NCBI GenBank assembly: GCA_946530355.1
Contig: CAMNAB010000001.1
Location: 1 to 63,974, forward strand
Direction of reading: 5' to 3'
DNA length: 63,974 nt
Source of the DNA: an uncultured Ruminococcus sp.
GTDB taxonomy: Bacteria > Bacillota > Clostridia > Oscillospirales > Ruminococcaceae
The notes below the pieces were generated by a model that saw only the letters and a list, made by a program, of their open reading frames with translations, was not told the DNA's origin and did not search any database. The translations under genes were made by a program, and so were the position numbers. How positions within the stretch are numbered: the stretch's first letter is position 1; every line of letters begins with the position of its first letter. Below, in pieces: positions 40,458-50,709 of this stretch.

Positions 40458-41156
40458 ATGGCGGGTAAAAAAGAGCTATTGAAAACATTTTATTATCGGA
40501 ATGAAAAAAGCAAACAATTTGTGGAAAGCTGCATTAAGGATGTGTCGGAGGTCGAGAATCGGTCAGCTTCTGCGATCATCGAACAGTATATTCTGGATCA
40601 TTTGCTTCCGCAGCACGTTTTTGCAAAATCGCTGATTATGCAGATCTACCAGGAGCAGAACGGCGGGATCAGAAACGTGCTTGCAGGGTTCTTCCAGATC
40701 AATGCAGCCGGCACGGAACCGTGGAAAGCAAAGTATGCAAATTTGCAGCCTTTAGTGGAGTTTTGTCTGCGGCATGTGGACGGCGAAGCAACATGCAAAG
40801 GGACAGAGCCTGCAATCTATCATTTTCGCAGTCAGATGTCTGCCTTGCTTGCCCATATCGACAAATATGTTGCGTCTGTGTGCGACCCATTCGAGCATGA
40901 TCTTGCAGCGGGGAAGGCAGCCTATTTTCGTTCGCTGTATGAGCGTGCAGAAAAGGAAGCAAATACGTTGGTATTCGCAGAGGTGTTTTCTGCGTTGCTC
41001 GAATGGTGGACAGTCGTCGGCGAGTGGTCGATCACATCAAGAGCATTGTATGATTTGATGGTCATGCTGCCGCAAAATGCACTCAAAGACGATGCATATA
41101 CACGCACAGAGCTTCGCAAGCTCCTGATCGAGATCTCGTGTGCGTGGGAAGCCTGA
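40458..41156 (+). CDS. Hypothetical protein, possible N-terminal ribbon-helix-helix domain
   Basis: AAAGGAG RBS 8 nt upstream. The N-terminal KKELLKTFYYRNEKSKQFVESC...NRSASAIIEQYILDHLL resembles an RHH (strand-helix-helix) pattern. The remaining roughly 180 aa are helical and unassigned. Confidence 0.55.
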   Translation: MAGKKELLKTFYYRNEKSKQFVESCIKDVSEVENRSASAIIEQYILDHLLPQHVFAKSLIMQIYQEQNGGIRNVLAGFFQINAAGTEPWKAKYANLQPLVEFCLRHVDGEATCKGTEPAIYHFRSQMSALLAHIDKYVASVCDPFEHDLAAGKAAYFRSLYERAEKEANTLVFAEVFSALLEWWTVVGEWSITSRALYDLMVMLPQNALKDDAYTRTELRKLLIEISCAWEA

Positions 41157-41176
41157 TAATGAAAGGAGTTGAGCTT

Positions 41177-41260
41177 ATGCTGTATCAGTGGTGGATCATT
41201 TGCGGCTTGGTTGCGATCAATGCCATTGCGATCCGGAGCATGCTGCCCAAGCGCAAGTGA
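41177..41260 (+). CDS. Unannotated small ORF: 27-aa hydrophobic peptide MLYQWWIICGLVAINAIAIRSMLPKRK
   Basis: Below the ORF-track cutoff. The ATG lies 8 nt after AAAGGAG and 20 nt after the upstream stop. One TM-length hydrophobic stretch plus a basic tail. The terminator hairpin starts 21 nt after its stop. Confidence 0.4.
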   Translation: MLYQWWIICGLVAINAIAIRSMLPKRK

Positions 41261-41280
41261 TCGCATAATCCCGATAAACA

Positions 41281-41315
41281 AAAGCTCCTGAGCGTTTGAA
41301 GCGTTCAGGAGCTTT
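41281..41315. terminator. Hairpin terminator between convergent genes
   Basis: AAAGCTCCTGAGCG...CGTTCAGGAGCTTT stem (about 13 bp, one mismatch), between the small ORF and the vWA gene 3' end. Confidence 0.6.
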
Positions 41316-41339
41316 GTACTGCTATGCATTTTTATGGGA

Positions 41340-42002
41340 TCAGCGTTCGGATGTGCGGGATGTGTAATCTGCTTCGATTTCCTCGCTCCAGCTTGCTTCG
41401 ATGGAACGGTTTGCACGCAGGTTGCTGATCTGCGGTGCGAGGGAACTGAATACAGCAGCCGTACCTTTGGAATCTGCATGATAATTCACGGCTCTGTCTG
41501 CTGTAATGCCCACCTGAGCTGCTGTTTCACATGCATCAATATTCGCACCGATGAACAGGAATTCCCAGCCATCCTTTTCCTTCTGTTCTTCGATCAGCTT
41601 TTTGACTGCTTTATAATCATAGCGTCTGCTGGCATTTTCCATGCCGTCCGTTGTGATGACGAACATGGTGTGTGCAGGGACATCTTCTTTCCGCGCATAT
41701 TTGTGGATATTCCGGATATGATGGATTGCATCGCCCAAAGCATCCAGCAGCGCCGTGCAGCCGCGGACAGTGTAATCCTGTTCCGTCATCGGCGGAACCT
41801 GCTCCAGCGGCAGACGGTCATGCAGCACGGTATTCACGGTATCAAACAGCACCGTAGAGACATAAACGGTTCCGGCATCTTCCTTTTTTTGCTTTGCGAT
41901 CATGGCATTGAAGCCGCCGATCGTATCCGATTCCAGCCCTGCCATCGAGCCGCTGCGGTCAAGAATAAAGACCAGTTCAGTTATGTTATTTGTTGTTTTC
42001 AT
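41340..42002 (-). CDS. Stand-alone cytoplasmic vWA-domain protein (intact MIDAS)
   Basis: AAGGAGG RBS. MIDAS DRSGSM ... GCT(T) ... TTDGMEN. No signal peptide or TM. Confidence 0.85.
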   Translation of the reverse strand: MKTTNNITELVFILDRSGSMAGLESDTIGGFNAMIAKQKKEDAGTVYVSTVLFDTVNTVLHDRLPLEQVPPMTEQDYTVRGCTALLDALGDAIHHIRNIHKYARKEDVPAHTMFVITTDGMENASRRYDYKAVKKLIEEQKEKDGWEFLFIGANIDACETAAQVGITADRAVNYHADSKGTAAVFSSLAPQISNLRANRSIEASWSEEIEADYTSRTSER

Positions 42003-42147
42003 AAGAAATCCTCCTTCTGATGTGAGCGCGTCAGCCGGTTGCTTCCGCCTTTCATGCTTTTAGTATAGCACATCAGAAGAAGGATATGGTCGCCTGAAAA
42101 GCGACATATGATGTTGATTCTGATTGCGGTTTCGGGAGCGCTGTTTT

Positions 42148-42675
42148 TTACAGCGGAATGACTCTGCCGACCGGTCTGCGCTGAAGCGGGGACGGGATCT
42201 TCTTCAAAAGCACAACACAGTGTGCAGCGATGCCTTGCTCTTTGCCGGTAAAGCCGAGTTTTTCTTCCGTTGTTGCTTTGATGCTGACCTGTCCCAGCGT
42301 GCAGCCGATCGCATTCATGATATTTTTGCGCATCTGCGGGATATGCGGTGCGAGTTTGGGTGCCTGCGCAAGAATCGTTGCATCCAGATTCGACAGTTCC
42401 CAGCCCTTCTGCTGGATCATGGCATTGACATAACGCAAAAGCTGGATGCTGTCAGCGCCTGCATAACGCGGGTCTGTATCCGGAAAATGCTGCCCGATAT
42501 CGCCCAGTGCGAGTGCACCGAGCATCGCATCCATGATCGCGTGTGTGAGGACATCCGCATCTGAATGTCCCAGTAATCCAAGACGGTGCGGGATCTCTGT
42601 GCCGCCGATAATCAGTTTTCTGCCTTCGGTAAGCCGGTGCACATCATAGCCGTGACCAATTCGCAAATCTGTCAT
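42148..42675 (-). CDS. ispF: 2-C-methyl-D-erythritol 2,4-cyclodiphosphate synthase
   Basis: [15 protein letters not shown]...[15 protein letters not shown] signature. Start at ATG 42675, 8 nt after GGAGGA; the track extension is unsupported. Confidence 0.94.
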   Translation of the reverse strand: MTDLRIGHGYDVHRLTEGRKLIIGGTEIPHRLGLLGHSDADVLTHAIMDAMLGALALGDIGQHFPDTDPRYAGADSIQLLRYVNAMIQQKGWELSNLDATILAQAPKLAPHIPQMRKNIMNAIGCTLGQVSIKATTEEKLGFTGKEQGIAAHCVVLLKKIPSPLQRRPVGRVIPL

Positions 42676-42679
42676 AATA

Positions 42680-43387
42680 TCAATCCTCCGTTTGCTGCAA
42701 ACGCAGCAATGCTTCCGCAATTGCAAAATCTTCCGGTGTGGTGAGCTTGATATTGTCATAGGAACCCGCAGTCATCCTGACCTTGCGGTTCAGCGCTTCC
42801 ACCAATTGACAGTCATCCGTATAGTCTTTTCCGTCCGCTTCGGCTTTCTCCATTGCTGCTGCATAGAGCGTGCGCCGGAATACCTGCGGTGTCTGGGTCA
42901 GCCAGAGTGCGGAACGTTCCGGCGTATCGGTGATGATGCCGTCTTTGACCGTTTTGATCGTGTCTTTTACCGGAACGCCGAGTGATGCAGCATCTGTTTC
43001 TTCCGCATCCGCAATGACACGGGCAAAATCATCCAGCCGAAGCAAGGGTCTTGCACCGTCATGGATGGCGACCCATGTGCAAGCCGAACGGATCGCAGCA
43101 AAGCCGTTTCGCACGCTCTCCTGACGGGTACTGCCGCCGGTGACGATCCGGATCGGGATGGGGAAAGTGCGCGTTTCCAGTGCTGCTTCAAATTCCGCTG
43201 TATCCTGCTGCCGGCATATCACGATCACCTCTGCGATGCGGTCACAAGCGCAGACGGTTTGCAGGATATGCGCCAGAACAGTGCTGCTGCCCAGCGGATG
43301 CAGGATCTTATGGATACCGCCCATTCTGGTCGCGTTGCCTGCGCAGACCAGAAGGGCGGCTGTATCTCGTGTAACGCCGTTCAGCAT
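42680..43387 (-). CDS. ispD: 2-C-methyl-D-erythritol 4-phosphate cytidylyltransferase
   Basis: [14 protein letters not shown] (P-loop-like GxGxRm), VAIHDGARP and TQTPQVF motifs. Lies immediately upstream of ispF. Confidence 0.92.
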   Translation of the reverse strand: MLNGVTRDTAALLVCAGNATRMGGIHKILHPLGSSTVLAHILQTVCACDRIAEVIVICRQQDTAEFEAALETRTFPIPIRIVTGGSTRQESVRNGFAAIRSACTWVAIHDGARPLLRLDDFARVIADAEETDAASLGVPVKDTIKTVKDGIITDTPERSALWLTQTPQVFRRTLYAAAMEKAEADGKDYTDDCQLVEALNRKVRMTAGSYDNIKLTTPEDFAIAEALLRLQQTED

Positions 43388-43989
43388 CAGTCAATGCCGG
43401 GGGCTTTTGTGCCGCAGACTGCGCAGAACAGTGCATCAGCAGGGAGCACTTCGCCGCAGTTCGGGCAGATATTCTGTACGGGCTGTACCGGTACGGTCGG
43501 AACCGGTGCATGCTGTTCGGGCAGTTTATTGCCGCAGGAAGCGCAGAACATGGCATCCGGAGCCAATGCCTGACCGCAGAACGGGCAAAGCGGCTGCACA
43601 TTGCCGGCAGCTTCCGGGATCGGAGCCGGAACAGGTGCTGCGGATCCGCAGTGCGGGCAGAATTTAGAGCCGATGGCAATGGAACCGCCGCATTCCGGAC
43701 AAATGACAGTGCCGTCCAGTGCTTCGATCTCATGCTGCTTCGCGGCAAGTGTTGCCTGAAGTTCTGTGATCGCTGCAAACATCTCTGCATATTCCGGAGA
43801 AGGATTGTCCTTCGTTTCGATGAAATACCGTTCGCCGATATCGCGGAAGCGGTTGCGCAGTTCGTTTTCAGTAGCTGCGATGTCCTTGCGAATGCGATTC
43901 TTGTCTGCAAGGCTCTTTGCATTGTCAGAAACTTGCTTTGCTGTTCTGGAAACCTGAGCTGTCAGTTTATCTAAGAATTCCATTGCCAT
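43387..43989 (-). CDS. Coiled-coil protein with three tandem zinc-ribbon (CPxCG-type) modules
   Basis: Start at ATG 43989 (8 nt after AGGAGG). CPECG...CPHCG, CPFCG...CASCG and CPNCG...CAVCG pairs separated by Pro-rich linkers. The stop overlaps the ispD ATG by 1 nt (TGATG). Confidence 0.7.
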   Translation of the reverse strand: MAMEFLDKLTAQVSRTAKQVSDNAKSLADKNRIRKDIAATENELRNRFRDIGERYFIETKDNPSPEYAEMFAAITELQATLAAKQHEIEALDGTVICPECGGSIAIGSKFCPHCGSAAPVPAPIPEAAGNVQPLCPFCGQALAPDAMFCASCGNKLPEQHAPVPTVPVQPVQNICPNCGEVLPADALFCAVCGTKAPGID

Positions 43990-44262
43990 AATCATTACCT
44001 CCTAAAATACGCCGCAGCGTTTTCCTTATTATAGCACATATCACGTTTTTTGTCAACCAATATGACTCTTTCTGCACAGATCAGAACGTGAATTTTTTCT
44101 AAATTTTTTATTGTATTTGATGAAATCATGATGCGTGCCTTGTATGAAGATTACAGATTTGATGCAGACGGAAACGGGCATTCTGATTTTGTGCTGAGCA
44201 TGCCGCCGCGGTTGATTTTTTCTGTGTTCTGTGATATAATAATGGGGAAAGGATGTGTTTGG

Positions 44263-44961
44263 ATGTATCAGCCGAAGAAAATCATTGTTGTGACCGGACA
44301 TTTCGGCTCCGGCAAAACGAATTTTTCTGCATCTCTTGCGCTTGCGCTTGCTGCACAGGGAAAAAAGGTGACAGTCGTAGATTTTGATCTGGTCAATCCT
44401 TATTTCCGGACTGCTGATTTTGCTGAGGCGTTCGCAAAGCGCGGGATCACGCTCCGTGCGCCCGATTATGCGAATACAAATGTTGATATTCCGAGTGTGC
44501 AGTTTGATCTTGGCGGTCTTGCAGCAGGGGAAGGACATTTGATTATTGATGTGGGCGGTGATGAAGACGGTGCGGTTGCACTCGGCAGATATTCGCATGT
44601 GCTCAATAGTTATGCGGAAACGAATGAACTGGATATGCTGGGTGTTGTTTCATTCCGCCGTTATCTGACCCGTTCTGCTGAGGATGCGGAAATTTATCTT
44701 CGCGGCATTGAACGCGCCAGCCGTATGAAATTGACGCATCTGGTCAATAATACCAATCTTGGCATGGAGACAAAACCGGAGATGATCGCGGAGAGTATGC
44801 CGTTGTTTGAGGCGCTCTGTGCAAATATGGGTCTGCCTGCTGCCTGCGTGACGGTACCTGATTTTATTCCGGTTCCGGATGCGGTTCCGGATGCACTTGC
44901 GATGCAGGTACCGGTTGTTGTGCGGCTGCCGTGGATGCCGAAATCAGAAGCAGTGCAGTGA
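44263..44961 (+). CDS. MinD/ParA/CooC-like P-loop ATPase
   Basis: Start at ATG 44263 (MYQPKKIIVVTGHFGSGKTNFS: deviant Walker A), then VDFDLVNP and IIDVGGD (Walker B-like). Confidence 0.68.
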   Translation: MYQPKKIIVVTGHFGSGKTNFSASLALALAAQGKKVTVVDFDLVNPYFRTADFAEAFAKRGITLRAPDYANTNVDIPSVQFDLGGLAAGEGHLIIDVGGDEDGAVALGRYSHVLNSYAETNELDMLGVVSFRRYLTRSAEDAEIYLRGIERASRMKLTHLVNNTNLGMETKPEMIAESMPLFEALCANMGLPAACVTVPDFIPVPDAVPDALAMQVPVVVRLPWMPKSEAVQ

Positions 44962-45004
44962 TGCCATGCAGCCCGTCATACGGAAAAAACTGAAGATTGC
45001 AAAC

Positions 45005-45048
45005 AGGGGAAGCAGTCCATTTATCAGGATCGCTTCCCCTTTCGTTTG
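45005..45048 (+). terminator. Rho-independent terminator
   Basis: GGGGAAGC-loop-GCTTCCCC followed by TTTCGTTTGC. Confidence 0.6.
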
Positions 45049-45163
45049 CTATATGGGCGGAATCAGCCGCAGTTTACTCGTCTGAAACAAGTTTTACGCA
45101 AGAACGCTTGATTCCAGTGTGATTTGTGATCCGGCGGACTTTCGATCATTTGCGCGGCTCTGG

Positions 45164-46591
45164 TTATAATGATTGCAGCAGGGCGATCAGAAAATCCCAT
45201 GTGCGTGCAGTTGATGCAAGCGAAAGACGCTCCCGCGGCGTGTGGATATCCAGAATATCCGGCCCGATGGATATGCACGATAATTGCGGCGCTTTTGCTG
45301 CCAGTATCCCGCATTCCAAACCCGCATGGATCGTTTCAATGACCGGCGGTTTGCCGTACATCTCAGTATATACCGCTGCTGCCGTCTTTTCAAGTGCGGT
45401 GTCCGGAATATATTCCCATGCCGGATATGCACCGGAATCAGATGCCGTTCCGCCTACAGATGCAATATGCGCATGCAGCTTCTCCGCAAGCGCTGCTTTC
45501 TTTGCATTGTTTCCGCTGCGGATCAATGCATCCACATGCATGACCCCGTCTTTCAGCGCAAAAACACCGAGATTCAGCGATGTCTCCGGCATCGGCAAAA
45601 CGGCATGCATCTCCTGTACGCCGTTCGGAAGCGCATCCAGACTCCGCAGCAGATCGCTTGTGCATGTTGTTGTCAGAGCAATTGCCGTGCTTTCCGCATT
45701 GCAGTTTATTTGCAGCGCCATGCCGGTTTCCTGCGGATTTTCCGCCTTGATCGCATCAAATTGCGCCGTGATCTCACGCCGGATCTGCGCTGCATCTTCT
45801 GCCGATACGATCAGCGCAGCCGTGCAGTCCGTCGGAATGACATTATCCCGCACGCCGCCCTGCCATACACACAGTGCGATCGGGCTGGATACTGCACGCA
45901 AAAGCGCCAGCATCACAAGATTTGCATTCAGCAAGGGCTTGTGGATCTCTGTGCCGGAATGTCCGCCGATCAATCCGGATACCGTCAGTGAGATGCTCGT
46001 GCCGGATGTTTCCTGCGTTTCAGCCGGTTCCTGCATATGCACGCGGATACCGCCTGCGCAGCCGACCGTAAACACGCCTTCCTGCTCGGAATCAATGTTG
46101 ATGAGATATTTGCCGGTCAGTGCATCCGGTGCAAGACCTGTTGCGCCGTCCATGCCGGTTTCTTCATCGACTGTCAAAATGACCGTCAGCGGGGGATGCG
46201 GAATGCTGTCGTCTTCCAGGATTGCAAACGCATATGCAACAGCAATGCCGTCATCGCCGCCCAAAGTCGTGCCGTCAGCGGTCAGAAAAGTGTCGCCCCA
46301 GATCAGATCAAGTCCTTCTGTTTCCATATTTTTCTGACAATCCGGTTCCTTGGCGCAAACCATATCCATGTGTCCTTGCAGGATCACGCCGGGATGATCT
46401 TCATATCCGGTAGATGCGGCTTTCCGGATCACAACATTGCCTGTTTCATCGGCATATGCCGGACAATGCAGCTTTTCTGCCGTATCCAGCGCCCATTTCC
46501 GGATCATGCCGGTATTGCCGGATCCATGCGGAATCGAAGCGATTTCCGAGAAATAACGGAAAACGGATTCCGGCTGCGGTAATTGGTTCAT
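45164..46591 (-). CDS. pepD: Aminoacyl-histidine (Xaa-His) dipeptidase, M20C family
   Basis: FSEIASIPHGSGN, LQGHMDMVC, LGGDDGIAVA, VDEETGMDGA and GLECG motifs typical of PepD. ATG 46591 lies 8 nt after GGGAG (the track start is GTG). Confidence 0.88.
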   Translation of the reverse strand: MNQLPQPESVFRYFSEIASIPHGSGNTGMIRKWALDTAEKLHCPAYADETGNVVIRKAASTGYEDHPGVILQGHMDMVCAKEPDCQKNMETEGLDLIWGDTFLTADGTTLGGDDGIAVAYAFAILEDDSIPHPPLTVILTVDEETGMDGATGLAPDALTGKYLINIDSEQEGVFTVGCAGGIRVHMQEPAETQETSGTSISLTVSGLIGGHSGTEIHKPLLNANLVMLALLRAVSSPIALCVWQGGVRDNVIPTDCTAALIVSAEDAAQIRREITAQFDAIKAENPQETGMALQINCNAESTAIALTTTCTSDLLRSLDALPNGVQEMHAVLPMPETSLNLGVFALKDGVMHVDALIRSGNNAKKAALAEKLHAHIASVGGTASDSGAYPAWEYIPDTALEKTAAAVYTEMYGKPPVIETIHAGLECGILAAKAPQLSCISIGPDILDIHTPRERLSLASTARTWDFLIALLQSL

Positions 46592-46624
46592 TTGAATCAC
46601 TCCCTGTTGCGTTTTGTTTATTTA

Positions 46625-47095
46625 TTATAAATAATAGTAATTCGGATGATAGGGGAGCAGCAGCGACGGGTCACGCGCCAGCTCCTCAAAAATGCGTGTG
46701 CGTAAGCCGTTATCCAGCAGTGTATAAAGCGCCGGAAGCGTTTCCTGCGGGATGCCCGGACATCCGCGGTAAAGTGTCAGTGCAGGGTTCCCCGCTGCAT
46801 CGGGCATCACGCGGATCGGCCAGAGCGAACAGGCAAACGGTTTTTCCGCCGGCGGAAGGGTACAGCCGTTTTGCGGATCCAGAAACGGACATGGCTGTGC
46901 TTTGCCGCTGCCGTCATAGGGCAATCGGATGCGGTATCTGCCGTTTTCTTCCGTGATCTGATATGCAGGCTGATTTTTCAGCCGCTGTACTGCTGCTGCG
47001 GGGAAAGTGGGCACTTCCCATGCACTTTGTTCCTCAAAAACGCAGCAGTTGCGGCATTTTGCGCAAGTTTCTCCTGATAATACAGCGCGTAACAT
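46625..47095 (-). CDS. YkgJ-family (UPF0153) cysteine-cluster protein
   Basis: CAKCRNCC (CxxCxxCC) motif near the N-terminus plus downstream Cys residues. ATG 47095 overlaps the upstream stop by 1 nt (TGATG). Confidence 0.6.
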   Translation of the reverse strand: MLRAVLSGETCAKCRNCCVFEEQSAWEVPTFPAAAVQRLKNQPAYQITEENGRYRIRLPYDGSGKAQPCPFLDPQNGCTLPPAEKPFACSLWPIRVMPDAAGNPALTLYRGCPGIPQETLPALYTLLDNGLRTRIFEELARDPSLLLPYHPNYYYL

Positions 47096-48009
47096 CACAG
47101 TTTCTCCTCTCCGCACCATTCGGCAAAGAATTTTTCATTCAGCAGATCCGGACGGTATGACCGTTTGGAACTGCGCATGCCGCTTTCCCCAAGATCTTCC
47201 TCACGGTTCAGATATTCAGCGTCCGTGAGACATTTCGCCGTCTCATTTGCCACGACCGGCCATGCATGCGGATAACCGGGGATGACCTTTTCAAAGTGGA
47301 TATCCCACACATGCGGCGAGATCTGTGAAACGATCTCCATACCGATCGGCGGTTTTTCTGTTTCCGCATAGAGCAGCAAGCCGGAGAGCTGCAAGGCATC
47401 CCAGTTTGCAGCGGCTTCCCTGATACAGTTCAGCTCATACTGCAAGGATGCTTCCTGCGGATCTTCACGCGCAAGCAGCCATTGTTCTGCGATTTTTACA
47501 GCAAATTCTGCATTTTCAGCGATCAGCGGCTGAATATAAGCATCCGGATATGCACGCCAGAATTGCGCAATATGATTGCGTTTTCCATGATATCGGCTGC
47601 CGCGTAATTCCGCAAGATGCTCGCGCAAATATAAATATTCCGTATAGTTTTCGGCGGCTGAATACCGGAATTGATGCGGAAAATCAGCTTCCAGCAAATC
47701 TGTTTGCTGTTTTGTCAATAATGCAAACCGAAACGGAATCTGCCGTTCCATTGCATCTTCGTGCAGTTTTTGCACCGCATCTTTCAGATTTCCTGACCCG
47801 ATCGGAAAGCCATAGCATCCGGCACGGAGTCCGCTGTGATATCGCCGCAAAAGGAATTGCTCATATGCACAGATCTCAATGCCGTATTTTTCACGCAGCA
47901 GAAAGATGCTTGCAAATGCGGCATCATTTTCTTTTGCGCCGGAATTTGCGGCAGCCGTGAAGGTGAATTGCCGGTCTGACGGGGCAGGGGAATGGAAGCA
48001 TAGGGACAT
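47095..48009 (-). CDS. DUF2156 (phosphatidylglycerol lysyltransferase C-terminal-like, GNAT-fold) protein
   Basis: Start at ATG 48009 after GAAAGG. YLYLREHLAELRGSRYHGKRNHIAQF and NREEDLGESGMRSSKRSYRP match the DUF2156 signature (YIY...L.G.k..KRn / N.EeDlG..GLR.sK.SY.P). Confidence 0.72.
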   Translation of the reverse strand: MSLCFHSPAPSDRQFTFTAAANSGAKENDAAFASIFLLREKYGIEICAYEQFLLRRYHSGLRAGCYGFPIGSGNLKDAVQKLHEDAMERQIPFRFALLTKQQTDLLEADFPHQFRYSAAENYTEYLYLREHLAELRGSRYHGKRNHIAQFWRAYPDAYIQPLIAENAEFAVKIAEQWLLAREDPQEASLQYELNCIREAAANWDALQLSGLLLYAETEKPPIGMEIVSQISPHVWDIHFEKVIPGYPHAWPVVANETAKCLTDAEYLNREEDLGESGMRSSKRSYRPDLLNEKFFAEWCGEEKL

Positions 48010-48111
48010 GTTGTACCGCCTTTCTATTTTGCATTCCTCTTTATTATACCATGTCAATGCATTGTTTGTCAAATCGTTGAAGCGAAACGCACCGAATATC
48101 ATAAGCAGTCA

Positions 48112-48135
48112 GCCCCTAAGAGAGCGCTTAGGGGC
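48112..48135 (-). terminator. Hairpin downstream of the 78-aa gene
   Basis: GCCCCTAAG-loop-CTTAGGGGC 9-bp stem with a weak T tract. Confidence 0.4.
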
Positions 48136-48148
48136 ATGGAATGCTTCG

Positions 48149-48385
48149 TTATTCGTAGATACTGCCTGCATAAAGCAGCGAAGCGATAAAATCCCAGTTG
48201 ATATCTGCCGGAATTTCTTTGCCGGTATTCCTGTAATATCCATCCATATCCGCAGCCCACGCCGTCAGCGATTCCAGATAGCATTTCACGGACGGATCGT
48301 CTGCCGTCGGTGCGAATAATCGCATAAATACGATAAAATCATCTTTGCTTTTGATCTTTCCCAGCATTTCAATATGTTGATCCAT
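48149..48385 (-). CDS. Hypothetical small protein (78 aa)
   Basis: The ATG lies 9 nt after GAGGTGA. Acidic/aromatic small protein, no family recognised with certainty. Confidence 0.55.
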   Translation of the reverse strand: MDQHIEMLGKIKSKDDFIVFMRLFAPTADDPSVKCYLESLTAWAADMDGYYRNTGKEIPADINWDFIASLLYAGSIYE

Positions 48386-48431
48386 GTTCTGTGCTCACCT
48401 CTGTATTCGGATGCATATCCGATCAATAGAA

Positions 48432-48474
48432 ATGCCATAGCATTCCTGACAGAACATCAGAAATACTATGGCAT
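48432..48474 (-). terminator. Terminator hairpin closing the kinase/vWA/PP2C operon
   Basis: ATGCCATAG-25 nt loop-CTATGGCAT, followed on the minus strand by TTCTATTG. Lies 25 nt after the stop at 48499. Confidence 0.5.
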
Positions 48475-48498
48475 ACCGTTTTTCAGCAAAGAGCTGAA

Positions 48499-49707
<1,209 letters not shown>

Positions 49708-49741
49708 CTATTCCTTCCTTTCACTGTCGGTGTTTACCCGA

Positions 49742-50653
49742 TCAGATATTTTTCAGTTTTTCCAATCGCTTTTTCTTGCGTTCAGCGGCTGTGTCTTTAT
49801 ATTCCTGCACCTTATTTTTCAGCATTTCCACATTTTCAGCAAGGCAATCCATATCACAGACGCAGGCAAGAGAAATGTCATCCTCTGTACCGTAATGTGA
49901 ACGCTTGGTCATATTCTTTTTCACAGAGGTTTCAAATGACTCAAGATTTTCAAGCTGACTTGAAATAATCAGGTGATAGTCAAGGAAATCATCTTCATTG
50001 CTGAAAGATGTATACAGTCCGTCTGAGGATGCAAACACTGCGATCAGTTTTTTATCCGTCACAACAAAGCTGTTAAACATAGATGCGGCATTGCTGTTGC
50101 ACATAGATGCGGTCATATTAGCCGGAGCCGATTCGTCATAATTCATCGGCATGACCGGTTCGCCGTCATCAAACAGTGCGACAAGGCTGCCGTCACCGAT
50201 CTGAACACCGAACGTAAATCCTTTGCCGGCGATTGCGGCGACGAGTGTTGTGCCGTAATAAGATTCAGGCGGGATTGCTTTGAACTCTTCGGTTGTGAAT
50301 TTTTTCATTTCCTCTCGTGTGACCGGATGATCCGCCAGATGCTGCTGCACGCGGGCATTCCAGTTCACGATGATTTGTTTCTCAATGTTTTTCAGGATGA
50401 GCTTTGCATGATTCGGGAAATTGCTTTCGAATTTTTCCGGATCCATATAAAACCGCTTTACAGTTTCCAGCGCCGCTTTTACGGCAAATTCCGAGCCAAG
50501 GTGGCTTCTGAAATATTTTTTGCTGCCATGCCCGTCAGCAATGACTGCGATTGCGTAGCGCTCATGCACCTCAAATGCAGAATGATCCTGACAGACAAGC
50601 CCGCTTGCCACATGACTTGCGCCGATAACTGAATGGCTGAACCCGCCGAACAT
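49742..50653 (-). CDS. PP2C-family Ser/Thr protein phosphatase
   Basis: AAGGAGG RBS. Metal-binding motifs CQDH..., AVIADGHGS, SSDGLY and EDDISLACV. Confidence 0.85.
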   Translation of the reverse strand: MFGGFSHSVIGASHVASGLVCQDHSAFEVHERYAIAVIADGHGSKKYFRSHLGSEFAVKAALETVKRFYMDPEKFESNFPNHAKLILKNIEKQIIVNWNARVQQHLADHPVTREEMKKFTTEEFKAIPPESYYGTTLVAAIAGKGFTFGVQIGDGSLVALFDDGEPVMPMNYDESAPANMTASMCNSNAASMFNSFVVTDKKLIAVFASSDGLYTSFSNEDDFLDYHLIISSQLENLESFETSVKKNMTKRSHYGTEDDISLACVCDMDCLAENVEMLKNKVQEYKDTAAERKKKRLEKLKNI

Positions 50654-50709
50654 CGCAATTTTCCTCCTTATAAAATATCATAATGCAGTGAGAGTCCGTT
50701 GTTCGGCAA

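Noticed and set aside
41340-42002. A second TerY-P triad around the orphan vWA gene
   Set aside because: No kinase or PP2C gene is adjacent. The neighbours are ispF on one side and, on the other side and opposite strand, a terminator and an unrelated operon.
45126-46582. Plus-strand ORFs (45126-46337, 45284-45991, 46037-46582) antisense to pepD
   Set aside because: PepD motifs are clear on the minus strand, and the antisense ORFs are Ser/Cys/Ala/Arg-rich shadows.
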